From Lingula anatina (Eukaryota; Animalia; Brachiopoda): a stretch of 64,000 nucleotides of DNA. Made by a program: the position numbers and the translations under genes. Below, piece by piece: positions 12,919 through 24,785 of the stretch (position 1 is its first letter; every line of letters starts with the position of its first letter). The stretch lies in contig CM120649.1 of NCBI GenBank assembly GCA_051362555.1, forward strand, positions 14,942,001 to 15,006,000, in the 5' to 3' direction. The notes beneath the pieces are model-generated. The model did not search any database. It worked only from the letters and a program-made list of their open reading frames with translations, and was not told where the DNA came from.

Positions 12919-13813
12919 ACACCAAGTGGCCACAATATTTGCAGGGGGTGGGGGTGGAGTGTGTAGGGGGGATTGGGTTGTACGCTGATCAATTCGTTTT
13001 GCTCTACAAACGCTCCCTCACATCCAAAGGGGCCAATAGGATATAAAGCCGCGTAATTGTGTTGTATGCGAGATGATAAGGCCCAGACACCAAAAAAAGC
13101 AGGGGAATAGATATAATTTTTAGTATTGAGTGCTTGCTGTTTAAATGTAAAATGATTAATACTCCTTGTGTTGAAGAAATATAGGAACTACATTGTATAC
13201 ATAAAGCATTCTTAAAATTTATATTTATATAAAAAACTATTGCAATTTATCAATTTTTCTCTCAGTAATAACTAACTATTAACGCATTACATACGAATTG
13301 CAGAAACTTAGCAATAGAAGAACCACTAATGGTACAAAAGTGACCTAAAGCATAGTCTTTATAATACAGAAGCCCTTCACGAGTTTCAAACATGTATAAC
13401 TTCGTGCGACGTAAACGTCTGCTAACAGTTTTGTCCACTGGCGGTGACATTTACTCATCCCACTGAAAACAATTCACCTTTTAACCTAACTAGGCCATTG
13501 CCGTTACTCTGTCTAAAAACCGGAAAATCTTTCACAACTTACTTCGGGGATTTACTAACTAGACGATGAAAACAGGGTTGGTGAAATTTTAGAGTATTAA
13601 AAACATTAAACGTTGGTAATGGTTCTGCACATACTTTGTTAACAGTGATTTTGATAGCGCTCGTAGTCCACCAGAGTTAATAGGGCCTCCTGGACCAACC
13701 GGGATATAGTTCTAATCAACAATATAGTTCTAATCAACAACACAGTGCCGGCTTAGAAAAGTTTCTTGGTTACTAACTACACTAGGTCTTACATCTAAAA
13801 CTACAACCAATAA

Positions 13814-13981
13814 CAAGGCCCGTAGCCAGCAATTTCAAAAGGGGGGTTCTTTTTCTGAAAAAGTGGACCTTTTTCCATAAAAACTTCATGTGTCTAGATC
13901 AAATTTCACCCAGAGTGGACCTTTTCCCAGCAAAAGGGGCGGTTCTTTCGAACCCCCTGAACCCCCCTGGCTACGGGCCTG
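13814..13981. mobile_element. MITE with AGGCCCGTAGCCAG TIRs
   Basis: aggcccgtagccag...ctggctacgggcct; sits at the end of a segment (13735..13815) that is repeated without the insert at ~14185..14270. Confidence 0.7.
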
Positions 13982-14316
13982 GGATCAGTGATACAATACG
14001 TGAGGGAGGCTGTGCGTGTGCTGTTGCACAACTCAAGCTAGTTTCGAATTAAGCGGTGGAAGTGGGCTCTGTGCAGCTTAAGGCTACAGGCGGAACATTT
14101 ACTACGTCATATTGCTTAACTAAGCAGGCGGCGCTTCTGCTATGTTTAAATCAGATTTACTAGGTTAATCCCCACTTAAACAACAACACACAGCGTCGGC
14201 TTTTAATTTTTTTTTTTTTTTGGTTACTAACTACACTAGGACTTACATCTAAAACTGCAACCAATAACAATTCTTAAATAAGCTTAAATAAGAACATTAG
14301 GTCCACCGTAAAATAA

Positions 14317-14405
14317 AAATATATAAACTCCATATCCATAGTATATAGTAAATATATAAACTCCATATCCATAGTATATGGTAAATATATAAACTCCATA
14401 TCCAT
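14317..14405. repeat. 33-bp tandem repeat, ~3 copies
   Basis: aaactccatatccat recurs at 14325, 14358 and 14391. Confidence 0.85.
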
Positions 14406-14720
14406 TAGGTTGAGACAGGGCAAAGTTAGTTATTGCACGGCATTAAGATCACTTCAACCATAGTTCGTGATGAGCAATAAATAAATGGCATAAAAATGTA
14501 CTAAAGTATATGGCTAATTGTTCACGTAATGTTAACGTTATGGCAGTGTCTCAGACGCGTCTTATTGTGATTCGTGGTGAGGCATTTAATAAATACAAGT
14601 ATCGCGGCTTAGGACGGAGTTCATACAAATGCTCCGAGTACTGGCTCAGCAAAGCATGTCTTTCACAAGCACGGCAATGATCTAAGAAGAACCCTTGCCG
14701 CAGAAAACACGGTGTTGAAT

Positions 14721-14846
14721 CTACTGTCTGTACTGTACGTATCGAAAGACGGCGTTGCTGGCCCAATCTCCAAGGATTTTGATTGACTCTACCGGAGTCC
14801 CGCACGCCAATAACCAGGTAGCGCCGCCGCGTCGCAGGCTGTGTGT

Positions 14847-14877
<31 letters not shown>

Positions 14878-15323
14878 GGGGAGGGAGGACAGTTATTGTT
14901 GGACGCTATCCTTTTCATCATCGATGTCAGGCTGGCGCGGAATTCCCGGGCTTGAAGGATGTCGTCCTTGCCATTTGCACGAGGGATGGAAAAAGAGGGG
15001 AGTCGTCTCTACAGCTTGAGGTACGTGCCATAAAACGAAGGAAAGCCCTTGACGGGCATAGTGGGTGATCCAGTAGGAAGGCCAGCAAAACTTGATGAAC
15101 CTTTTCACCGAACTGTATCGTTTTCGAACGTGCTACAATTACAATAATTCCTTGTTTGGTGACTGCTACATCTCGCCTGGTTACGCAGGCACCTACCGAA
15201 GAAACTGTGAAATTTCCAACCCGTAGGAGACCCCAAAACTGCTACCCAGGCTCGTAGGCCTTGACGACGCTCCAAATTAAGTATCTCCATCATGCGCAGT
15301 AGGTGATTGGGAAGGATGACCAA
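14721..15323 (-). mobile_element. Decayed tyrosine-recombinase fragment (DIRS-like retroelement remnant)
   Basis: HSLRRGGATWLLACGTPVESIKILGDWASNAVFRYV has the H-x-x-R...W...Y catalytic signature of DIRS-type recombinases. Upstream frames are broken and interrupted by a (TG)n/poly-G run. Confidence 0.75.
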
Positions 15324-15540
15324 AAGTTTGCGGCAACGAGATTGCAGGAGCTTGCAAGAAAAATTTTTCTGCTGCTAATTTACAGCAATATTGCAGCAAA
15401 TTTGCTGCAAATTTGCAGCAGGTCTGATATATTTATTCTGTTAATTAAGAGATATTTTTCTGAAAATGAGTAATATACAGTATTTCTGCAATAGTGTTTT
15501 TATTCATAGATATTTTAATCTAATATCGTCATTCCATAAA

Positions 15541-15616
15541 CTTCCGGGAAAACAAGGACCGCCGGGTGATTCCGTGAAAGGCATGAAGGGTATGAGAGGT
15601 ATGGTGGGAAATCCTG
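15541..15616 (+). pseudogene. Orphan fragment of receptor exon 6
   Basis: LPGKQGPPGDSVKGMKGMRGMVGNP matches [25 protein letters not shown] (A) and the B exon start; the acceptor is mutated (cataaa instead of catag). Confidence 0.75.
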
Positions 15617-15821
15617 TTGCAGTCAATTTCCTTAATGTCATGAAACGTTTTCTACGCGGAAGGGGTATTAACACTCTCTCCTCTCTAGGTGTGGTTTCCT
15701 TTGGTCCGTCTTACCCAGGCAATCTTGCCCATGTGCCTGTTTGGTAATGATTTATGTCTTAACCTCTGAATGATTTGCGTAGAACAATTCACCCTTCTGG
15801 CCAGTTGCCTGGTCAAAACTC

Positions 15822-16061
15822 CCCTCAGCAAAATGAAAAGTTTGCAGCTATATTGCAGCAAAATTTCAAAAATATTGTGACAAACTTTAAGTTTGCAGCA
15901 ACGAGTTTGCAAGAAAAAATTTATTGCTGCTAATTTGCATCCATATTGCAGCAAATTTGCCGCAAATTAGAAAGAAGAAATTGCAATTTGCTGAAATATT
16001 GCAGCAAGTTTGCTGCAATTTTGCTGCGAATTTGCAGCAGGCCTAATATTTTGCTAAGGGC
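15822..16061. mobile_element. MITE-like element made of ttgcagcaaatttgctgcaa palindromes; partial second copy at ~15322..15430
   Basis: Ends ccctcagcaaaat...attttgctaaggg with repeated internal palindromes. Confidence 0.6.
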
Positions 16062-16332
16062 CCCTCCAACTTCTTGGTAAAAATGAATCCATCTTTACTA
16101 CATCACGTTTAAATCCTTATTCTAATGATTTAAATAGTTGCTAAAACAATTAGAATGAATCCATTTTTCACTCTGGCATTTACAAGGTCACGTGATATCC
16201 AATCACATCATTAGTGCATGTTTTAACGATTGAAATGACAGGTGTTGGCATGGATGATGTATAGATATCCAAGGGCGTGGACAATTAACAGTGAACTTAG
16301 GTTCTAAAAAAACTTCATGAAAAGCTTTCGCC

Positions 16333-19300
16333 ATGGATCGCAGGTAAGGTTCTAAAGTGATGTTGGAGTTCAACTTTTTTCACTAAACAGTCTTTTGGTG
16401 GTACATACGTTACCATATGTTAATATTTTACTATGTAAGTGACATACATGAGACATCTATACATTTAAGATACGAAATGACTGTAATAAATAACTGCAGA
16501 GCATTGGAAGTCACCCTTTCTGCATGGCATGACTGTTAGGCTTACCGGTATGTAGTATCGCAACCATGTTAAATGTTAGGTCTCGTCATAGAACGGTGAG
16601 TTTATAGGATTCTGCATTTACAGGATATCGTCTTTTTAGTGGACGTTACTTCTATGAATACCGATGTTACATGTGTTGCAGGCTATTGGAAAGAAATATC
16701 CTGTTAAATACCAACGTTATACAATTATATTCCCATTTAAAGTGTTGGAAAATTAAAAAAGACGATTTTCAACTATAGCTGATTTCTTCAAACAATTCAA
16801 ATGATTTTGAACTAATTATTTTAGGTGCCTGTTGGTGTGCGTAGTGCTGTTTTTCTTTCGACCAGTCTGTATATCAGGTAAGAGAAAGTTAAAAAAAAAA
16901 CAATCAGATCTATATTATGTACATGCAGAAGGTTCTTTTTTCATTCAAATATAGATTATTATTTTTAAAATATACTAAACATATTAAAATATGGAATTTT
17001 TTTATCGGATGCTTTACACTTAACCATGTCTTCCTTCATATGAGGACACATCAGAAATTATCGTATAATTTATTAATGAAAGCTTAAATTCATGTATACG
17101 TACATTTTAAGACCATAAGTCATGTTTTCATATATCCTTATTACCACCTTGTTACATACACTGTAGCTATTAAAAATTACCTACGTTTTTACTCCTTCAC
17201 TCCAGCTTGCCCAGACGGCTGGGCATTATATGGACCAAACGGTTACTGCTACTTGTTCTCCACCATGGGTTTATCCTTCGCGGAGGCTGAGGCATTTTGT
17301 GCCACATTCCTTACTGGACATCTAGCGAGTATTCACAGTGCAGAAGAAAACGCCTTTCTTGCAAGTTTACGCCCACCGTGAGTTGATAAGTTAGCCATAT
17401 GCTGGTTATCATCATCGCCTTAAAGGGGTTGAAACGACTTTAATGTCACTTGTGATATTTTCTTATTTGGTGAAAGAAGTCGTGAGTTGTTTTATCTAAG
17501 TAATATCAAGTTGTCGCAAGTTTTTCCAGCAGCTCAAATGTTCCACCTGATCAAATGTTTTTTTTTTTAATAAATAAAGAAAAAATATATATGATGTACG
17601 TGTGATAATGGTTATTCATGCTCAAAATTATAATTTAGGAGGTGAAAGGAAAATAATTTATGTATTGTTGATACAAGTTAATCTCTAATGATCGAGTGTT
17701 GTCTTTGAGAACCATTAAAAGTGTACTGCGTCACCTACTCGCTTAAACGGATATGAAACCAGGCATGCCTCTTTGGCCGCATTTAGAACAGTCGACTAAC
17801 TGGTCCGAGGGTCAAATATGATCGACCCACTTGAATACTTTTCCAAGGGATATTTATTCAGTGTCTGTTAGGGGATTCGACGGCAAGCTTTTTAGTGGGT
17901 CGCCATATTTGACCCGCGGACTAGTTAGTCCACTGTTCTGAATGCCCTCTATATTAATCATATTTTCCTTGTCTTAGAGGCACCAATAATGCCTGGATAG
18001 GCTTTACGGACGCTGCCGTAGAGGGCACGTACGTATGGACCGATGGAACTGCAGATGATTTTGATGCATGGCGAAACAACGAGCCGAGTGGTGGCACAAC
18101 AGAGAACTGTGCAGCCGCGCGCTCCGTGAGTCCATTCCAGTGGGTATCCCGCCAGTGCACGTTTATACTCCCATTTTTCTGCAGGGCTTTATGGATAGGT
18201 AATGTCGTTGAAGGCGTGAACATTTTATTTATATAACGTTGTAAAATTGTGTACTTATGTCGTCTTTTCTCTTCTTCGTTAAATGTGCTGAACCTGAAAC
18301 TAGCCCAATTTTTTCCTATTCGTGTACTTAATTAAAATAATAATAAAAAAAGAAATATATATGCGATTTTAGACTTAATCTGAATGTTGATATGAATTGC
18401 TACGTACATTTAAATATTATCCTTAATGCTGAATGAATATGAACATATTTGCAGCTAACCCGGGTCCACCGGGAACCAGCGGACCCCCAGGAATCAGTGG
18501 ACCCCCAGGAACAAGTGGACCTCCGGGAACTGGGGGTCCACCAGGTACTGCAGGCCCACCAGGGACAGGAGGACCTCCTGGCACAGGGGGCCCACAGGGA
18601 ACAAGTGGTCCAGCGGGAACAGGTGGTCCTCCTGCAACCAGTGGTCCTCCTGGAACGGGTGGCCCTCCAGCTACAGGTGGACCACCAGGAACCATGGGAC
18701 CACCGGGAAGTAGTGGGCCACCGGGGACTGGAGCACCCCCAGGGACCAGCGGGCCACCAGGTTCAAATGGACCCCCTGGCACTGAAGGACCACCCGGGAC
18801 AGGGGGCCCACCAGGTTCGGGTGGTCCTCCGGGAACCGAAGGACCTTCAGGTACAGGAGGGCCTCCTGGCACGCAAGGACCACCAGGAACGGGAGGACCC
18901 CCAGGGACGGCAGGATCACCTGGGTCAGGGGGTCCTCCAGGTACATCAGGACCTGCCGGACTTAATGGCCCCCCAGGCACTAGTGGTCCTGTTGGTGAAG
19001 CAGGGCCAACAGGAACTGGTGGGCCACCCGGACTGAATGGAGGAAGTGGAACAGTTGGACCAGAGGGAACTGGTGGTCCACCTGGAACCCTCGGGCCTGA
19101 TGGCACGAGTGGTCCACCCGGGAGAAGTGGTCCTCGAGGAACAGGTGGTCCACAAGGCACCAGTGGGCCACCTGGAACAGTTGGTCCCCAAGGAGCAGCA
19201 GGACCACCAGGCACAGGTGGACCCCCAGGACTAAGTGGACCTATAGGAATGGTTGGTGCTGCTGGAACAGCTGGTCCACCAGGGTTAATAGGGCCTCCTG

Positions 19301-20914
19301 GACCAACCGGAACGGGAGGACCACCAGGAACAGCCGGACCAAAAGGTAAGAAGGAATATTTGTTTTGAAATGATTTTAGCTTTGCAATTTTGCAATTTCT
19401 TATTAGTCTTTTTTTCTTTGAATATGTTATCTTGTTGTGAAATTATCAGAAATACGTTTCAATGATCACCCTTCTGTGAATTCCAAAAGCACGTTTAAGA
19501 AAGAAATCCATGCGTATTATAAAATAATTATTTGCATTAGATTTATAATTTGAATGTTTCTTTCATAGGGCTTCCGGGAAACCAAGGGCCACCAGGTGAC
19601 TCAATGCAAGGCATGAAGGGTATGAAAGGCATGGCGGGGGATCCAGGGCAGCAAGGACTTCCAGGATCTGTTGGACATCCGGGAGAGAAGGGAATGCAGG
19701 GAGCTAAAGGCCTACCGTTCTTTGGAATGAAAGGAGAAAAGGGAATGTCTGACAGATTTTTCATAATACTGCGTGGACGGACATTTTCTCCAACTACAAA
19801 ATTTTTTACACGAACAGTACCCCCAACAACAAAATTCTTTACACGAACCGTATCTCCAACTCCAAATTTCTTCACACGAACAGTATCCCCAACTACAAGA
19901 TTCTTTACACGAACAGTATCCACAACTACAAGATTCTTTAAAGGAATATTCCTTCCAGCTGCAACCAAATTTAAGAGTCTCAAAGAGTCAAAAGTTATTG
20001 TCTCAAATGGCGCATTCTTCTTCCTAAAAGGTAAGAGTACATTGTATCTCTATTGTCTGTTGGCCGACTCATTTGCATTTTACAAATATTATTATAGGTG
20101 GCCGTCTTTTCCATATCAAAGCTAGATATTTAAAAACATATCCAAATTACCTTGATACCATTGTAAAAAGCAGTAAAATTTGACTTAATCTGTCATAAAA
20201 CAATTGCTCCAAATGCTCTTAGATTAATATGACCAGCGGAAGTTATAATTAGTCGGCTGTCAATATAGGGAGTCTTTTATGCTGTCCAGCATAAAAAAGG
20301 AGGGCCTTCTGTGAAACAGTGACCTTCGGATGGCTAAACCTTTATTAATTAGGGAATTACAAAGGATGGTTTGATATTTTCTTCTAATAACGTTTTGTTA
20401 CCAACATTTGCAACGTTTGTTATCAGCATATTCATGATTTGACTTGCATGAACTTATGGAGACTAAAACTAGGTATAAACAGCCATAAAAACGTCACTGC
20501 TTACGGATATAATGATTTAATATTGAATTATAATTCTCTGATACGAAATGACCAGGAAAGGGCGTTTCAGTATCTTTATCAAACTTCCGAGTCGTTCCTC
20601 GATATACTCATAGCACATATAGCACAATGATTATTTCATTCACGTAGCTGGTTCGATTTTTATTTATGTGTCCCCATTTTACCATTAAAGGTGACAAGCA
20701 GAATGGCACCCCAAGTCGTGAAAACAGTGAAGAAGACTCCGACATTCTGCAACAATTGAAGGACGCCGTGGTACATGAAATTGTACTAGGAGTAATCATA
20801 GGAACGGTTTTCCTAGGGACCATCTACCTCTATGTCGCCTATTTTAAGCAAGTGGCATATGAAAAACGTGAAATCGAAAAAATAAGGAGAAAATTGGAAG
20901 GAATGAATCCTTAA
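16333..20914 (+). CDS. Gene B: type I membrane protein, signal peptide-CTLD-collagen-like stalk-Thr/Arg repeats-TM-short tail (~677 aa)
   Basis: Exons 16333..16343 (gccATGg), 16825..16877, 17206..17377, 17978..18198, 18455..19345, 19569..20030, 20691..20914. All introns are GT-AG and phase-consistent; total 2034 nt. Signal [22 protein letters not shown]; exon structure identical to gene A. Confidence 0.9.
17775..17950. mobile_element. Palindromic MITE in intron 3 of gene B
   Basis: agaacagtcgactaactggtccgagggtcaaatatg...catatttgacccgcggactagttagtccactgttct inverted repeats; the gaatgccctc end is shared with the element at 31214..31490. Confidence 0.65.
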
Positions 20915-22544
20915 AAGGAAACTTTATTCAAATATCCACGTGAATCACAAAGGAACTTTTACAGGATGAGATTACAGTGGTCATCAGTTCTAACGTCAGA
21001 TATCCTATTTATCCACGTGGTTTGATGACGTTGGAGATCTTATTCCTCCTCGCTCGGCTGTCACCTTGATCGTTTGAGGAATCGTAAAACCATATAAAAA
21101 CTACCTCTAGGACAATTCACAAGTACACCATAATGCAAACAAGCTTAGATGCGGACTTTTTAGAACCAGCGGCGGAAATGGGGAAATGATGTCAGTATGC
21201 AAAATGTTGGAAGATCCAATTTCCTATCCCAGACTATAATTAAGAAGAATATAGTAATTCTACGGCCTATAGACCTGTTTTGCTGCGCGATTGGTTATAA
21301 AAACAGTATCAAAAATTTGTTTAAGATTTTTATACGTATCTTAATGATATTGTCCAACATATTCCATACTCGTTAAGCAAGTCTCCTGCCCTTGTTTAAT
21401 TTCCTATATGAAGATTTTGTTTCAACCATAATGGGCTGGCATATGTAATTAAGGCGACCAAAGCCATATAGCTGAATATGTCTCTATGGCTTTTCTCAAG
21501 TGACATGTGACTATATACACAGAGTGTGCAAAGGCATTGATTCAGTTTGCAAAGTATCTTTGTCTGGCGGCCACCTAGCCACATGAAGTGAAGGATCACC
21601 CGAAATGTCTCTACTCTTGTATTTGTCTCTCGCTCACTCATAACACGGCGAAAATATGAATAAAAAAACGTAAAATATTGCTTTTAATACATTATATACT
21701 GGTCTCTTATTCAAAGACACATACGTAATACATCGGACACGCCAATGGTGATAATATTAAGATATATTTAATTTTTTATTTAAAAAAACCCACGTAATCT
21801 AAATTTCCACTAGCATTTATACTGAATCAGACATCTTCGTTAAAGGGAAAGATGCATGGCGTCTGCGCTGCTGTCTGTTTGGAATTATACTGGTATATAT
21901 TTGCTTTGCTGATGGGCTTTAATATAAAAATCTTGAACATTACTGTATTGTTAAGTGACCTTATATCAAACAATACAATCATCAAAGCAAAACCACCTTC
22001 AGCTCATGGCGGAGGCTTCATATAAAGTCCTCTTTTAAAAAGTTCCAATTTTTTTATGACTCGTTCTAACGTCAAAGTGTACAATAAAAGCAAAATTTCC
22101 CCCAGTCGCTAGCGAAAGCCTCCCATTAAATACTCGTTAGAATCATCTGCATTTTGCTGTCTGTCAACGAGTGCAGTTTTAAAAAAGCGTCACCATATGA
22201 GACTAGACACCATCTCCCAAACTACTAACTGTATTCATTTTCTGCATTAATGACACCATAAAAGTGTTAATATATTTTATATAGAGGATGTGAAATTTCT
22301 CCCATGTTGGCGTGTTCCCTTTTTGTTAAAATGTGTTTTGGCACAGAGAGGAGAGAATTGTTTTACAGGGTTACCTTTGTTATAAAGAAGTACATGTTAA
22401 TAACAAGTATTCTATATGTCAATGCAAATTATTATTATTTTTTTCGGTGAGGCAAATTAAAACTCTTTGACCAAATAATAACAACGGAATGTACAGTGCT
22501 TACACCGTCTTAAACGGATGCTATATAATCGCCTGCTAGTGTTA

Positions 22545-23041
22545 GACCCCATTTCCAGAGATTAGATCGATCTACTTTAGATCGACCTAACTCCCTGGGG
22601 GTTCACGCTAAATAGCTGTCAGCCGGGCGGACACGAAAGTTAATTATCCCCTTACAGCTTGTAGTAGGCGGGACGGACATTTAAGTCGGATTATCTGAAA
22701 GTAATCTAGTGAGACTCCCCGCGGGGATAGATCGATCTCAAATCTATGGGAATAGAGCCGTAGGCTGTATTCCCAGAGCTTTTAGCGGGGATAGATCGAT
22801 CTCAAATCTATGGGAATAGAGCCTTAGGCTGTATTCCCAGAGCTTTTAGATCGATCTATCCCCGCGGGGAGTCTCACTAGATTACTGTCAGATAATCCGT
22901 CTTAAATGTCCGTCCCGCCTACTACAAGCTGTAAGGGGGTAATTAACTTTCGTGTCCGCCCGGCTGACAGCTATTTAGCGTGAACCCCCAGGGAGTTAGG
23001 TCGATCTAAAGTAGGTCGATCTTATCTATGGAAATGGGGTG
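22545..23041. mobile_element. Inverted dimer (foldback) of the Tourist-like MITE
   Basis: gaccccatttcca...tggaaatggggt: two ~210-bp copies in opposite orientation with a duplicated junction segment, giving a ~500-bp near-perfect palindrome. Confidence 0.85.
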
Positions 23042-23399
23042 TAAGTCAAATTGCGAGCCAGACGAAACAAATCACAAAGAATAAATTATCACCATGCAAG
23101 TCCTGGGTAATAAAACAGGCGTAGCAGACACCGCGGACTGGGTGACTTTTGGATCTCGCATACCTTTCGTCCCTCGGGCTGTTAGTGGAGGGACGTGTTA
23201 TTTCTGAGCTGGCGTCGTAACCGTCACTCAAACTCCCCCTGGATGCGTGCAAACTCCACCAGAGCCTCTCTTTGATCATACCGACAAATTCTGCAACGAT
23301 GACACTCCATTCGGCACGCGACCTCTGCTACCAACACTAAGGGCTCACTCCCATAAACAGCATCCGTCTATGCACATGGATCCAACTCAGTGGGCATTT

Positions 23400-23680
23400 T
23401 CGCTGGATGAAGCCAGTTTAACAGATTAACGCGCCTCTTTTTTTTCCCAACGCACCAGCATAATCATTATCCTCTACCAGGACGACAGATTGATTTTCAC
23501 AAGATAGTCACAGATATGTTTCTAGATAAATGGGCAGTCATTTGGCATTCTGTGGGTTTTTCAAGATTTCCCTATAATATCTGCCACCCTGGTAGAGGGT
23601 ATACAATCACCAGATTTTCTGTATCCTACTCTAAGCCTGGAGGAGGCGTGTTAATCTGTTAAACTGATTGCATTCTCAGA
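23400..23680. mobile_element. MITE with cagtttaacagattaac inverted repeats; shorter relative at ~25627..25760
   Basis: cagtttaacagattaacgcgcctc...gaggcgtgttaatctgttaaactg. Confidence 0.6.
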
Positions 23681-24785
23681 GATTTGAGCGTAAAACATTA
23701 GTTCCACTTGGAATGAGCCCTTACACTCCACTTGCTGATCGTACGCCTCCCTGGTTTGTCGTTTGTCGCTCTTACAACTTGGAGGTTCTTGCTACCAACT
23801 GATTTAGCTTTTGTGTCTTCATTCTTGTATTATATAGAACAAGTGCATATCAGCGTGTGCTTAAATATGTATTTGAAAGGAGTCGACTTGTCAAAGAATA
23901 GCCAATGATATTTTAACGAAGATGTATAAATAATATGTATATGTATAACCCCTTGGTCGTCTCACCAACCTTCATTTCAATAATCATACTTTCACTCATA
24001 TTATATTGGCATAAAAAGAAATCTTTAAAGAAAGTCAAAAACCTTAAATACAAGGAACTTCGTTTTATTTTTTTTAACAAAACTGTTTAAAAAAATCTAA
24101 GGCACATACAGGGGTACGTTATTTTTTTTTTGTGATTCATATGCATAATCAGTTATGAAAACATGTTTTAAAATTTTAATGCTGCACATATGCTTCATTT
24201 CATCAACATTCTGATGTAAGAAGAAGTGCATCTGGTTTAACAACAACACAATTTACAGGAATATGTGACATGATCTATAGCAATATACCACTAATATCTC
24301 GCTGAATACAATACAAAACAAATTTGTTAAGAATTAATATTGGGAAAAAAGAAGAAAAATACCTAAACTGAAGTTACTATTTTTCCCACACTAACGTTGA
24401 CTTTGTAGATATTTTCAAGGAATCATAATATGTTAGGAAAGCTTATAAAAATGTCATAAGTCATGTTAAATATTTACCTTGCAGCAATTCTGCACGTTAT
24501 CATTCTGTTTTTATACAGACTCAAATGAAAATTAAACAATCTGCAGGTTTTTGCTGGAAATAAAAAAGAAGGCATCATACTTAACGCGCCATACTGCCTT
24601 TTCTGCTTTGATTCATCTACATGTACATGCATATAAATACGTATATGTCTTTCAGTACACAGTCAACAACAAGTTTCATAACACCTTCCAAGATTGGGTA
24701 CCGTTTCTTCTACAAAGGCTAGAATGACCCTGACCTTTGCATAAGGTCATGACCTTCACCCTAGGTCATGCTGAATGCCTCAATC

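Noticed and set aside
19773-20027. Gln/His repeat ORF ([11 protein letters not shown]), also 7789..7983, and antisense VRVKNLVVG ORFs
   Set aside because: Alternative frames of the 33-bp coding repeat; only the [11 protein letters not shown] frame joins the collagen and TM exons in phase.
23150-23215. Minus-strand gtccct...agggacgaaa resembling hammerhead stem II plus GAAA
   Set aside because: No CUGAnGA core upstream.
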